49,057 nucleotides of DNA from Phoronis australis (GCA_002633005.1 NMRA01001133.1:1-49057), one strand, 5' to 3'. Positions 11,106 to 24,290 are shown, numbered from the stretch's first letter. Numbers and translations: made by a program. The notes: a model not told the origin generated them from the sequence alone.

Positions 11106-12028
11106 AGAGCAACGCAGTGCTTTGAGCTGCGCCCACGAATGCAATGTAAACGGTTTGCTTCTGGGGGTGTTTAGTTGTATCCTAATAATGGCCATTAGAT
11201 GCCGCAAAATACGTCGATGGCTTGTACGGCCGCTATGCAGATGTTCTAAAGAAACATGAAATTTAAAAATATTTAAGGTCTGACCAAGGTTGCTCGATGC
11301 AAAGTTCCTCCATTTCCGCGTGCCGTTATCGTGTACGTTAATACTAATAAGTTTTATACCACAATATTAGCGTCAAACGGCAGATACAACCGTGTAATAA
11401 CCCATAAAGTTATCTCACTAGTGAGATAACGATTTGGCGGGAAATATTGCTGGTCGCCGACTTTACCACTACACCACGCAGCGACTGGCGTCATCAAGAG
11501 TGAAAATAGAATACTTAAATGAGCACGCGCAATAATCGCACGTTCAACAAACCGCATTGTACTGTACTTATACGCTACGAAAAATAAGACACATAATTTC
11601 CATAAAAATGATATCTTAATTCGATGAATTTTTTCTCTCATGTCCTCTTACTTGCAAATCACCGATCTCTACTTTGAATGCGGGTATCGTGTCGTCAGGA
11701 TCTTTTACTTGAGAATTATATTCAGTTACCAGTGGTAACCTACTTTAGCAGACGATAATTTCCCGGTCGAAGCTTAGCGTGAAAAAACGTGTTTTAAGCT
11801 ATAGTAGTTGGTAAGCCTTAATTTATAAATTCAATTTATTTCTATAATATTTAAGTTTTCAATTGGTGTTGAGTAAAAGCATTATTTGATAAAAATAGCC
11901 GGGCTTTTCTTAAAAGGTCACGACCTCCGACCCCGGGCCTATGACATAGAAAGTAGTTACAAAGCCGTGGAGAGTCAGAAAAGGTAAATCGATTCATTGC
12001 AATGTTTCTCGTTTAATATGTGGTATAA

Positions 12029-12192
12029 ATAGATTATTACATGTTCTCAGCCGTTATCCCCCTTATCTAGAGCCCTCGTGGATTTTGGAGAATTATCACC
12101 CGAGGGGCGTTAGCCCCGAGGGCGATAATTCTCCAAAATCCACGAGGGCTCTAGATAACGTGGGATAACGACTTCGCCATGTAATAATCTAT
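12029..12192. repeat. ~165-bp long palindrome, probably the head of a small non-autonomous element extending to ~12643
   Basis: Perfect 35-bp arms at 12063-12097 and 12124-12158, outer 15-bp arms at 12029-12043 and 12178-12192, and a central CCCGAGGGGC-gtta-GCCCCGAGGG. A second loose inverted pair is TTAATGCATACTACAG (~12198) and CTGGAATACATTAA (~12642). Confidence 0.85.
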
Positions 12193-14799
12193 ATTTATTA
12201 ATGCATACTACAGTGTGTAATGTCGTATTGAAAATAACAAATTGTGCGTGGTCTGATCAAGGAGAGTAGTACTCTCCTTGGTATGACCATGCTCAATCGA
12301 TATGAAGTTCGTACATTTCTGTGTAACGTTATCGTATACATTACTACTCTACTTAATAAATGCACATTTTAAACTTTTACGGAAAATGACGAATTGTATC
12401 GATGAGCGTGATCTAGTTGCATTCGTGGTATATCTGGTTTATGTCACAAATCAGCAATCATCCCCATCGCTGGTCAAGTCTTTACTACAAAAGGTTGCAT
12501 ATCACTTAAAATCAAAAAGAGAGTGAGACCCAACAAGGTTGTGTTATCTAAGAGTCCTTCCGGAGGAGCTTTTTAAAGTCCCACGTATTACTATTTAAGT
12601 CAGCCAATTCGAAAGCGTAAACTTCAATCTGGAATACATTAAAGGCAGTGAATTTTCCCTTCCAGTCAATCAATGACCACCACTGGGTCAGTAGTATCAT
12701 GCTGTGTTATTAGGGAGGGAAACTTGCTGTATCAATACAAAAAAGGCTTCCTCATCACAACAAGAACCAAAACCAAAACCAATGTTTTTCAAAATTGCCC
12801 ATAAATATCGAAGCAAGATATAAATTCGAAAACAAGAAATGAGAAACATTCGTTGATATCATCAGGGCCCTCTTCTGCAACTACTTAAGTAAAAGGAAAA
12901 ATAAATATAAAATGATAACTTTATTATGTGCAAAAAGAGAAACGGTGGATATCATCATTTTTGACAGAGAGCGCTCCATGGAGAATCCGACCTTTGAATT
13001 TTCTAAAGGCTGTCTCTTTGATTAAACAAATTTGTTCAAAAATATTTGTGCATTTCAAAATTCACAAATGATAGTACAGTGCCCGTTTTCAAGCATATGT
13101 AAACGATTCGTGGTGAATTTTTCAAACTAAAAACCCCTAACAGAAATGGCTCTTCCAGGTAAATGTGGCACTGATAAATGACAAATGTTTTCTTCTTTGT
13201 CTCGATTTGTCTTTCTTCCATAGTTAACGTTGTGACTTTTTCTTATCATTTTACCCTAAGCTGGGGGTTATAAACCAAAGTTTCGGCAGTCAGTGACGCC
13301 AGCTATTTAGGGAATGAGCACGTACTCGGCCCTTCCGTTTCGTATAGTGGGTTTTAAACAATGGTCGATTTAATGTGCTCGGGATTCTTTAACGGTTTTC
13401 ACCGTAGAAACAATAGGATCCAGTTTCATGAATGCTTGACGGTCTATAGCGCTATTATACCTTGTGTGGATAGATGATCTTCATTATTGGAGGCCATGAT
13501 CTTTGAAAACTAACCAAGTGTCCTGTAATAACAGAAAGAAACAATTTGGCTTTCATGCAGTGCTCAAAACCACCATTTATCTTATTTTGACAAATGACTA
13601 TATTCTCAACACCATAAAACCTTCCTTTATAGCACTGCACATCACATTCGTAAAATCAATGTCCAAAACACGAAAAAATAGATGAAGGGCAACTGCAATT
13701 GAAAATTTCTCAGCTCCAAGGACATGAGTGTGACTTGTGAACCTAACCAACGCCAGTGGGTCATGTCTACCAACACGCGTACAAACATGTGCCGCGGGAA
13801 AGTGAAAACAGCGACAGCGTATTCAAATACTAAGATGTCACAACCATCACAAACCCAACACCTCGTCATTCCTTATTATGCCATCAACCACGAGAAAACG
13901 AGCAGCAATATCTGACTTTTCGCACTAAAATTTACAATGGAGAATGACTTGCGCTGTAATTAGTTGTCCGATTTTAGGTAGTATGTATTGACCGTTAAAT
14001 ACTCGTATCTCGAAATCAGCTAATTAACATATCATCAGATGGTGTTTGCAGGTGTGGTAATTTAACACCGCGATGTTTTTGATGTTAAATTGGTGTTTTA
14101 GAGAGGCTTGGAACGCGATAAACAGAATAAACTGCATTATTGGTTCTCTGACACCTGCTCACTAGGTATTTTTATGGTTTGCTCGTAAAGATGTTTAATT
14201 TCTGTTGATATCAAAGCATTTCCTTTTACTTTCAACTTTCAAAAAAGCGATCTGTCAACTGCTCGCCACCTCGTCTATTTTTCCCACAAGGCAAAGGACG
14301 TCTTCTTATTTGGTATGGCAAGACATAAAGGTGAACTTTTCCCTTATATGGGAAATATATGACCTTTGACCTCAAGCGAATTCATTTTTCCATCGTGCGT
14401 ATTTCAAAAAATCGTGAATTTCGTGATTTTTCTGGAAATTTTCTCACACGGAAAAGTGAATTGTTCTGTACCAGTCGTCGAGAGATGGCACTTTATTCGG
14501 GAATTGCTTAACAGCTATTTTTGAAGTTCTCACGAACAAACTCCTCAAGCAATTTAGCGGATGGTACACCGTCTATGACGTTATCTAATAACCCCTGGAG
14601 TCTCAGTAGCATATACGGCTAACATTTCATACACATTCATTATTTACATGTAGTTTGACCAAAACTCAAAATAGAATTAGAATGTATTTATTTCTAAGAA
14701 AACGTTGATGGTCCCCTTCTTAGAAATCTCACACAGCCTTAACCAATAAAGTTGTGATGCATCTGTTTAAATTTTATGCTACTTGCTGTCACGGAACTC

Positions 14800-16286
14800 T
14801 AGCCCTGGAATGCCAACTTTGATCTCACCCTGCTCAGGTTCCGGTGTTAGTTTTTGATGTGGAATTTACCGTCAGTAAAACATTTCGCAATTCCGACGCT
14901 TTACAACCGAATTGCATAAGAGTTATATCATTAGAAAGTCCTTTATCAGTTTTTGATGATGTATGATTATACCAGAGGTAAAAGATAAACAATTTAATTC
15001 ATACATGTAGGTAATAATCTGTACTAGGTTCAATTTTTTATAATTTTCAGCGCCAAGAGTATTTTCAAAATACGAAAAATAACGGAGTGTATTATATTTT
15101 CTTTTATGTTACCCTGGAATAGTAAAATCAAAAAGGAAGATTGTATACATGACTATTAAAACCAGCAGGGATAATTTCAATCATCCAAAACATTCTGTCA
15201 TATAAAGACCGTGAATATTAGTTGCTGTGAAGAATTTAGTCAGGCACTCAGTAAAATTCAAGATGAAATGATTTTTACGAAAATTTGTCGAGATAATTAC
15301 TCCAACTATCTATGCGAAAATTGTTGATCAGCATTTTCTGATAGATAAAAAATCGGTCGACGTCTACTGTGAAGCATTGAAACATAATATGGATAGATCA
15401 TTACTTTAGTTACAGTGTTGTACCTTACCGATAGAAGTTTATAAATACACAAGTCATGTAGTCATTTCTTCAGAAAGTGAAATTAAGGATCCTACATGTA
15501 CATGTAGCGTTTGCTAACGCGGTAAACAAGAGACAATGACAAATTATTTTACGATTTTTATATTACTAAATAAGATGGATTCTGGAAAATAACAATATTC
15601 ACAACGAAGAGACAATTTTGAAGACATCTGGCATAGTCGTCACGGTCAACACTCGAGAATGAAAAAAATACGGGACAACTGGATTGAAAAGAAGGACTTT
15701 CTGGTAAAAGTTGGGCATCTGGGAAGATGCCAAATCGCAATTAAAAGTAATTTTTGGTAAGTTACGCCAAAAAATCTCTTACTAGGGCCTAAACTTATCT
15801 CTAAGGAGTGCAAAACACTCAGAAACCAAAAGTCACTTCTTTCCTTAAAATACAGTAACATGATTTTAACACCCAAAATGTCTTGCTGAAAACTCCTACC
15901 ATGTAGTTTGATAAGCTGTTGAAAGTGGTTCTAGGACTGGAGATGAAAAGATATCAGATGTCAGACTAATCCGCCATCTACCCAGGGCCACAGGTCGGTA
16001 CGTATAAAGAAGGACCAGTGATATTGTCTCGTTTGTTGACTAATTTTGCCGAGAAATCGCTTGCTGTCTGGAATCGTAAATCTAGAGGCTCGCTTGATGA
16101 TGAAAATGGCAAAATGAAAATAAAGCAATGACATTAGGTTTGAATTGATAACTGCAGCACTATATCGAAACTCAGTAGAGCATCCATGTACAGCCGGAAA
16201 TTCGCAGTCTCTCGCGGCTATTGTCTAGTCGCAAGCATATAACATACATGTATAGGTCACGTGCGGGAGTTGGCATTCCGGGGTTA
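14800..16286. mobile_element. Non-autonomous TIR element (~1.49 kb), superfamily unassigned
   Basis: TAGCCCTGGAATGCCAACT (14800-14818) and AGTTGGCATTCCGGGGTTA (16268-16286) are a 17/19 inverted match. No recognisable ORF lies between them. Confidence 0.6.
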
Positions 16287-16376
16287 CATTTCTAAGTCAA
16301 ATTTCAACAATTTTTTTGGGAACACCGAATATTTAATCGATCGTATATTTCTTAATCTAGCCAGAGCTATTGCAGA

Positions 16377-17063
16377 GAATAAACTTTTTGTTTATCCGTT
16401 ATACTTTATGATTTATAACTTGGTCTAATATTGTGTTGGATAAATTTCAACAAGTACGATTTTGTAACAAAAATAAGTCGAATTTCACTGACATGCTTAT
16501 TTAAAACAATACTCTATGTTTTTTACTCTAGTGTTTTGATATACAAATCATGTGCCTAATTGCGCATGTTGGAGAACTTTCTCGTATTAGCACGTGGCCC
16601 TACACGTGTAAATAACTAAAGAACATGAAAAGGAGTGAGTTAATTACCCCTTAAGCACACCAATGTAAAGACCTCTCGGGTTTCTGGCGTATTCTTTAGA
16701 GGTCACCGATATGTTTCTCNGAATAAACTTTTTGTTTATCCGTTATACTTTATGATTTATAACTTGGTCTAATATTGTGTTGGATAAATTTCAACAAATA
16801 CGATTTTGTAACAAAAATAAGTCGAATTTCACTGACATGCTTATTTAAAACAATACTCTATGTTTTTTACTCTAGTGTTTTGATATACAAATCATGTGCC
16901 TAATTGCGCATATTGGAGAACTTTCTCGTGTTAGCACGTGGCCCTACACGTGTAAATAACTAAAGAACATGAAAAGTAGTGAGTTAATTACCCCTTAAGC
17001 ACACCAATGTAAAGACCTCTCGGGTTTCTGGCGTATTCTTTGGAGGTCACCGATATGTTTCTC
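16377..17063. other. 343-bp direct duplication flanking a single n (likely unmerged haplotype overlap)
   Basis: 16377-16719 and 16721-17063 differ at about 5 substitutions, with n at 16720. Confidence 0.85.
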
Positions 17064-17265
17064 ACCAGTTATTTGCAAGCGTTCGTATTCAAGTTTAGTT
17101 TTCACTCATAATCTCACGCACCCGACTACTTTCCAAATAGGCACAAGGGGTCCGTCCTCCTTTACGGACACAATTCAAAAAGTCGTTGGTATGCCATATT
17201 TGAGACTTATGCAGACAGTTTGCCTTCAAAAAATTGCTGGCCTCCCTTAGAACATCTTAAATTCA

Positions 17266-17890
17266 CCACTGCAGCTTGATTTAAAGACGCGTGGAAAAAT
17301 ACGGTAGCAGTAGCACACACGACGATGTTAATTATTAGTTAGGATTTTGCAAGTCAGACATTCTCACCCCCTTCCTATCAAATGGAATCTGGGAGAATTT
17401 TTGGGAGCCACGGGCCCCTTGCTCCCCCCTTCAATCCGCCACTGCAAAGTTCTTGCCATTGTAAAAACGTCACGTAGTGTATAGAGACTATTGTTTAGCG
17501 GTAGCCTATGTTTTTTACCCTTTGAACTCCGACATGCTCCAGGCATCAAAGAGTTTTCAAAAACTGTTAGTAGACAGCCCTATTTGAGAAATTGTGAGGA
17601 CACTTCGCCCATTTCGAAAAATGTGCTGACAACCCCTACGATATCTTATTGAGATCGACCAGTGCAGCTTCATTTAAATACGTATGGACAGAATCTGCAA
17701 ATACCGTAGCAGTAACATGAGGGAAGATGTTGAACTTGTACCCGCTAACAATTCAAAATTCTCGTCATTGTAGAAACGTCACGTATATAGAGAATATTGT
17801 TTAGAGGCAACCTGTGTCTTTTTTACCATTTTTCAACTCCGACATGCTCCAGGCATCATGGGTTTTTCACAAGCTATTAGTAAACAGCCA
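17266..17890. repeat. Two diverged direct copies of a ~230-310 bp unit
   Basis: Shared blocks CTGCAGCTT..ATTTAAA, CGGTAGCAGTA, CATTGTA.AAACGTCACGTA and AACTCCGACATGCTCCAGGCATCA at ~17266-17580 and ~17660-17890. Confidence 0.7.
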
Positions 17891-18258
17891 CTGTCGCTGT
17901 CAAAGTGCTCGATGCAAAGTCTATGGGTTTCACTGGTTCCCAAGGTAGAAGTATGAGGATCTAGTTTTTAGTTTGTGCACCCGATGCCGGGCGGGACCTG
18001 ATAAAATACAGGGTGGGACTTGTCTTATGGCAGCACGAAGAGGCAGCGCAAACAAACTACGTGTTTATAGGCGGCCGCAACTGGCCACTTTGGTGGCTAA
18101 AACTCTTATCTTGGCAAAGTCGAACTATAATCATTTTCCCCAACTTAACCGGTGGAAAGATCGATTTATCTTGTGGACATGTCTAGCCATAAAAATATAA
18201 ATATTTTCGCTTGACAATGTACTAAACAATGTTTCTTTTGTCTAATAATAGAAATGAT

Positions 18259-18388
18259 TGTAGTTGATCGATCGCCTACAACAATGTTGTATTCGCAACT
18301 TCTTCGAATTTCTGAACACCTTTTGTTGTTGTTCGATCTCCTACAAGAGTCTCTTTGTATTCGCAATTTCTTCGAATTTTTGAACTCC
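18259..18388. repeat. Two-copy ~67-bp tandem repeat
   Basis: TCGATC.CCTACAA...TTGTATTCGCAA.TTCTTCGAATTT.TGAAC.CC occurs twice. Confidence 0.75.
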
Positions 18389-19025
18389 TGAGTGCTTGCG
18401 TATCCAGGGGGGGGGGGTTGTTGGTCAGTTTAACGTGTGAACGTGCCGCTGAGATGGAAGTCATATTTAATTTTTTGTATAGATTTGGGTCGCCTTTTCA
18501 GCTCTTTGGTACAAATATGGGGTGCCATTTTAGATTAAGCTCTGGTATGAGAAATTGCTACATTTGCTTGATACAAGTTGACGTAATTTTGAAAGACGTC
18601 AAATACTGCGATCCGACTATCAACCATGGTTGATCCTTAGCCTTTTTTGCAGATCAGGTATAAATATGGGTCATGTTTTAAACTTTCTTTTAATAGGTAT
18701 AGGAATGGGGTGCATGGAGTCTAGCTTTTGCTACAAACAGAGGTCGCATTTTTGCAATAGGGCACAACAGTTTTGGGTCAAGTCAAATCAATTTACACGT
18801 ATTAATAATCGGTTTAAGTAAAGGAAGAGAAAATATTAGCTACAGGCTAGTATATCGACAAATAAATACTTAAGTTATAAAATAAATAAATATTAAATTA
18901 AAACAAATATTTAAAATACCATATACAAGAATATACTACTAGCATTGACATGAATCGGATATTTTCATTTTCTTTCCAGGTATAACGTCCCAGATTTGAG
19001 AGCCAAGCTACACCCCCTACTCTAA

Positions 19026-19929
19026 AGGATAAGTGCACCCCCGGGATGATCGAGTGTGAACGCTGCATATGATGGGCTGTATTTCTTAGAATACGAAGAT
19101 GCAGTCGTTTGGTAGCTTGTCCCGTGAATCACTTTACATGCATTGGTTGAGTTGATGTGGGACCCTGTGTCTCGCCAAATATCTACAAAACTAGATTTTA
19201 ACTAAGTAAATTATTTTCCGAAAAGTAGAAAGCCAGTCAAATTTTATCTTATGTTTTTGCCAATATGCCATTAGTTGGGTCACGAGTGACCTTGTATTTT
19301 TTGCAAAATTCGGCAAAAAGAAAAGTAAATTTATAGCAAAACAGCAGTATCAATAACATATCAATATTTCAGGATAAAGGTTCAACATGAAATCTCAAAA
19401 GCGCAATCACAGTGTCTGAATTTCCGTATCTTTTTCATTTGAGGTTGCTTTTTAAATGTTAACTTGAAATTTAATTTAAACGTTTTCATAAAAATCTAAC
19501 AGTTTTATTGTTTATAGCCTTATGTATCAGTAGAACATTTGAAAAACAGTTCCTAGCAGCACTTTGGAGAACTGTGTATAAAATTCATCTGCCGTGAAAA
19601 TTTCGTATGAATTCGATTAGACATTTCTGAGATATGATTCTCCGAAGTTAGCATAATATGAACACCTTTCTGTCTTGTACTAGGGGTAGACCTACGACCG
19701 TTCGTGAATGACATTGCGCATTTCTGAATTAAAAAGTTTGACGCACACACTTCACCAACCCCAAACTGTAATCGAGGTTGTATATTAAGCTCACCTAATG
19801 CTCATGACACACGCCTTACCTTTTCGTGCTCAGCTATCTGCAATAACTTTTTGTCAATGAAATGTTTGAGCGTTAAACTCAATTGAACTAGTCTGCTCGA
19901 TCAAAAAAGTCCTGCTTAAGTATTATCCT
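19026..19929. mobile_element. Possible non-autonomous Kolobok-like element
   Basis: The ends AGGATAA... and ...TTATCCT are inverted, with a subterminal GATCGAG / CTCGATC pair. The left flank is CTAA, but the right flank does not give a clean TTAA TSD. Confidence 0.35.
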
Positions 19930-20759
19930 GTGACCGTTACCCAGTGAAGGTGTGTCCCTTGATCTGGGACGAGTTCAATTGACCCAATAATATCGTGGAG
20001 GAAGTGGAGGAAGTTACTGATTACGTGCTTCGCTTGTAGTACATAGATGTATTGTGATGTCGCATTTCCGTATGCTGTGGCTCTTGGGTCTAAAGAAAGC
20101 ACGACAGGAATATTATTGATCCGCATTTACAAATGGCATTTTACTCGTTAAATGTGCCTATATGGACTTGAACGCTTTACCTTCCCCCTTTTTTCATTTT
20201 TTCGGACCGACCCATTGATTTCCTTTGTAGTAGACTACAAGCTGTCGATTCCCAGCCTTCTTATTNATCTAATTAACTTTCAAAAGTTCATTACTAATCC
20301 AAATTTAATACGGCTCCAGTCTGAAAAAAGTAAGTAAATGTACGAAAACTAAATACTTTTAAAGTGAAAAAACTAATAAAATAAAGTGAGGAGCAAAGTC
20401 CTGTTGTCAAGGGCTACATAAAACAGCGAGGAGGAAGCACCTAATGGGCAATGACGCTATAAGTGTCCAAAACTTCCTACAGGAATCCACAGCGGCGATA
20501 AAAACACCACTAGCAGCCTCCAATTCAAGAGGAGTGCCACACTTCAAACGTGTGACCTCTTCTTATAATTATTAGCCTCTAGAACATCACACGTCAGCTT
20601 GAAATCTTTTACATGGTTGGCGGTCGTTCTTTTAATCACCAGCTATTCTGGTCCCCAAGAGCTGTGGGCTATCAACTTCAGGACATCGCTGCCCTCCACA
20701 CCACTCGGGTGATCTCTTCTCATACGGACCAGACTTTCTACACGAGCCCAGCACTATCC

Positions 20760-21744
20760 AAGGAGGTGGCACCTGTGATGTGAAAAAGAGACGGTAAATG
20801 CTCCTGACATACGTGCTCTCGCAGCTGGTTGAAGCGACCCTTGCCAACAGGGCACAGCTGTAACCATTTCGGACCTCCCTAAGACTCCGGCAGGCGCGGT
20901 TGTTGTGGCCTTGCTACTCTAGTCTCCTGATGACGGGGCTGGTGTCGCCTCCGGTCAGGCAGGAAACCCCACACGGTGTCAGGGTGAATCTCAGGGGCTT
21001 GGGAGTCTCTTCTCCTGTCGAAGCTGTGGCATGTTGAACTGAGCACTGCCTGTGCATCAAACTTTATTTCTGGTTTCTCCATTGGTGCCGGCTCTTCAGT
21101 AGAGTCGGACGCCTCATCTATTACCTAATATTCCGACGAGGAGTCAAGCTCCCTGACGTCCCCTTTTCTCGGATATGATCTGGGTGTATCCTTTTTCCTG
21201 GACTCTCGAGACTACTTGAAGGGCTTCTAGTCCAGCATCCACCATTCATTGTCTCACCATCCCAACATCCAGTAATTCCACCTCTGTCCTACCAAAGTCA
21301 AGGAGGCACGTTGTAATTTCATGATGTAGTCAGTCAGGCTTCTGCGGGTAGCCTCTTTGTATAGTTCCATAATGAGGACCGGTCGGATCCTCACCTGCTC
21401 GTTGATCCCACCCAGAATCGGCTTACCTCTCATAAAAATTGACATCGGCTCTTCCTGTGACGGTAGTTCCCTCATGCCAGCCTTGACAACCTCCGTTTGT
21501 GCACCCGACTGAAACAACAGACTGTCTATTCTCAGTGGGATACTAAAGCACACAAAGGACAACAATAATTTATGCTCTCCAAATAAGCTAGTTGGTCGTC
21601 ATCCAGGTTAACGCAGTCATTATCAAACCAGTATTTGCAGTCATTACACTGTGCCACATTGCGACGACTGTATGGTCTTCCACAAACACAGTAAAACGTG
21701 TCCTTATCTTTAATCCCCTCCTGCAACAATTGAGCATCCTGCAT
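20760..21744 (-). pseudogene. Decayed intronless ORF with an N-terminal PHD finger and a downstream C2H2-like finger (likely TE accessory ORF)
   Basis: 21532-21744 reads YCVCGRPY....AQCNDCKYWFDNDCV...YCCPLC, a C4HC3 pattern with His replaced by Asp. Around 20790-20860 it reads CPVGKGRFNQLREHVCQEHLP. Multiple stops and frameshifts lie between them. Confidence 0.7.
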
Positions 21745-22077
21745 GTGACGCTCACCTCAACCAGTCAACTCCTTACTTAAATTTAAATTTACAGGCTTTA
21801 AGCCTGTCGGGGTTCACTAGTGTAACGCAGTTACTGATTTTGTCTCTATGTAAGTAATTGGATAATTTCTGTAAAATAACTGCTGGGAATTTCCAAGGAG
21901 ACGATGTTTTTATAGGCCTACACTCCTTTAATACTGGCAGAATCTAAAATTAATACTGGCTGACCGACCGAATAGCTTAACTTGTGGAATGGGGCTATTC
22001 GGAAAATCTACAATAACTAGAGGGCGTGCGTGTACTAGTGGTGATAGATTAACAGCCTCGATTTCGCGAGCCCTTTA

Positions 22078-22175
22078 AATACATGGTGAAATGGCTTGCA
22101 GCCCTGCCAACTGAATCTGAGATTGCGTAAAAAGGGTGCTTCTGTGAGAGGAAGTAAGCACGACCTCATACAAAG
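22078..22175 (+). pseudogene. SAP-domain-like exon remnant
   Basis: W*NGLQPCQLNLRLRKKGASVRGSKHDLIQR is followed by a GTAAG donor at 22176. It matches the SAP pattern LxxxLxxxG...GxKxxLIxR. Confidence 0.55.
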
Positions 22176-22302
22176 GTAAGGTTTGTGATTATTTTAACGA
22201 TTATTCCATGATTATTCTACCGATGCCTGTTAACTGAGGCACTCGCCTATGTCGACTTCGCGGCAGTCAGTCGCCAGCCAGAGTCTGGTTAATCTTTGTA
22301 AG

Positions 22303-22990
22303 TTGTGATATGTGATACGATACTTGACGTAGCAATCGCGATCTTTTCGTACATCAAAGCATTACTATTGTTTGGAATGATTTCTAAAAGTTTATCAGTG
22401 ACAGTTTCATCAATCAATGCTGAATGTTTATGCTGTCAACTCGATACAGGTTAATGAGTTAAGATTACAATCCAATCCCAATGGCAAAGGGTACGTGGGT
22501 GATAAATATCCATTGCGTTAGACTATTTGTTTACTCCCTATCATATGTCTTCTGGAAATCTATTACACATTGAAATGGAAATCTACCACGTCAGTTTTCC
22601 CGTAACCTTTGGTTTTTAGGTTTGAAGGTTTGTACCTTGCAGAGGAGATATGCATCGCTTCTGCACCGTCCCTGAATGGACAAAAATTGGTTTTTAGCAT
22701 TTGACTTTGTTTACTCCCTATCATATGTCTTCTGGAAATCTATTACACGTTGAAATGGAAATCTATCACGTCAGTTTTCACGGTTTTTAGGTTTGAAGGC
22801 TTGTACCTTGCAGAGGAGATATGCATCGCTTCTGCACCGTTCCTGAATGGACAAAAATTGGTTTTTAGCATTTGACTGCAGCTAACCAACAAGATCTTCC
22901 CATCCAGTGCAGATCTGTTATCAAAGCCTACTTTCAATATTGGAGACAACGAACAAAGCCTTTGAAAAGGAACAGCTATTTTTAAAGTCA
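22303..22990 (-). pseudogene. Highly decayed ISL2EU/Harbinger-type (HTH_Tnp_4 + DDE_Tnp_4-like) transposase fragments; second copy at ~24971-25486
   Basis: Broken frames give RLREN..FHFNV..ISR, PRTLC..D, TFS and VTDKLLEIIPN...TSS, resembling the 'TxKxLxxIxPxG' block. Copy 1 has an internal ~180-bp tandem duplication (22526-22706 and 22707-22877). Confidence 0.4.
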
Positions 22991-23829
22991 TTTTGTTTAA
23001 ATTACTTATTCAGGTCCTGAGGGGGGATTGGCATGGGGGTTGTAATATTTGGTACAACTGAATGCGTGGAAATAACAGGTAATACATGTTTGAGGAAAAG
23101 AGCATGGTGAGGTAATTCTTAACCTTCACGAAGTCCCTTCAAGTTGATTTCATGAAACTGTTTTGCTACTTGAATCAATTGTAAAACCACGAAAATATAT
23201 TACATTTTCCGAATTCCCAGTTACTGAATAGTCTTAACTCATGCCTTGAAATGTTGCAAGTAATTATAAATTCAAATGACTGCCATTTTTGTGAAAATTG
23301 CATTTTTGATGGTGCCTTATACGATTTGTAATTACTCTTAAACAACAAAAAGATTATCCATCATTTTTAAATGACCCAAGTCTTCATATCTTCTATTAGA
23401 AGAAAAACGGTTCCCTCAACCTTAGGCTAGAAGTATGTTTGACAGACCCATGAACCTGTAATCTGAGTTTAAAATTGCTGAAAGTATCAAAATTAAAAAG
23501 GCTTGAAAATGGGTNAAAATTAAAAAGGCTTGAAAATGGGTAACAAATGTTTGAAGTTGTCTCAAAAAACTTGTATATTTTACAGACAAGTTATGCGTTT
23601 AAAGAATTGCTATGGCTAGGGATAAAAATAAAGACACAGTTTTATGCAATACTCATTATATACACCCTTGGTTTCTGAAAATAGTAATTATTTACTTTTA
23701 TGTGAAACTGTAGACCAATCACCATATATTTTTGAAAAACAGGGATAACATTTTCGATCCAATCTGGAGTACTTAATTATTCATATTTCAATATTTGTTC
23801 CACATTCAGTGACATTTTAAGGCCACTTC

Positions 23830-24290
23830 AAGCTGTATCATAGACAAGCTTTGTTACTCCGTTCTCTTCCCACAGCACTTCCACACACCAGCAGTGCTGC
23901 ATGGCACAATGTGCAAGTCAGTGGCCCTGGAGAAATGTGAATCGCAGTACTAAGTTACCATAAGACAATGTGCCAGTGGAGTGTCTATGTATCCAGACGA
24001 ACTATATCTGACTGCTACACAAATAAGCCTTGTTGGTGAGGACGCCCTTTCTTAGGCAATGAGTCATGTGTGGACAATAGCTTATTTCCTTTCCTGGAAG
24101 AAACATGAGGGACTGAAGCTAAAGAAGACCTAGTCACACTCTGGTCTAGTTCAGAGTCTGATTTTGGGCTCAAAACGATTCAAGTGATATGCTGCTGTGT
24201 TCACTTTCAAGGGTCTAATTGTGGATGTTATTGAGGCTGAATGAGGTTACATGAAAGAAAGCCACGTGTTGAAAGTGGACCTTTTTCACA
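23830..24290 (+). pseudogene. Decayed pre-SWIM/SWIM zinc-finger exon
   Basis: Broken frames read MSHVWTI...EDLVTL/GLVQS...Y.AVFTF...VIEAE*G...SHVL. This resembles 'GHV..V.xS..Y.V...AxCxCxAG..CxHV' of SAP-SWIM-YqaJ proteins, with the cysteines lost. Confidence 0.4.

Noticed and set aside
13642-13869. Possible third THAP start (MTRCWVCDGC...FTFPR)
   Set aside because: Cys spacing is atypical, no in-frame W/R/CxxH follows, and no element ends were found, so it is too weak to call
17403-17444. hAT-like terminus ATCCGCCACTG
   Set aside because: No matching opposite TIR or 8-bp TSD found
18970-20130. Exon-like sequence (TTCTTTCCAG|..YNVPDLRAKLHPYS) split by the 19026-19929 element, considered as a legumain exon
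   Set aside because: No resemblance to legumain, and stops occur in the continuation
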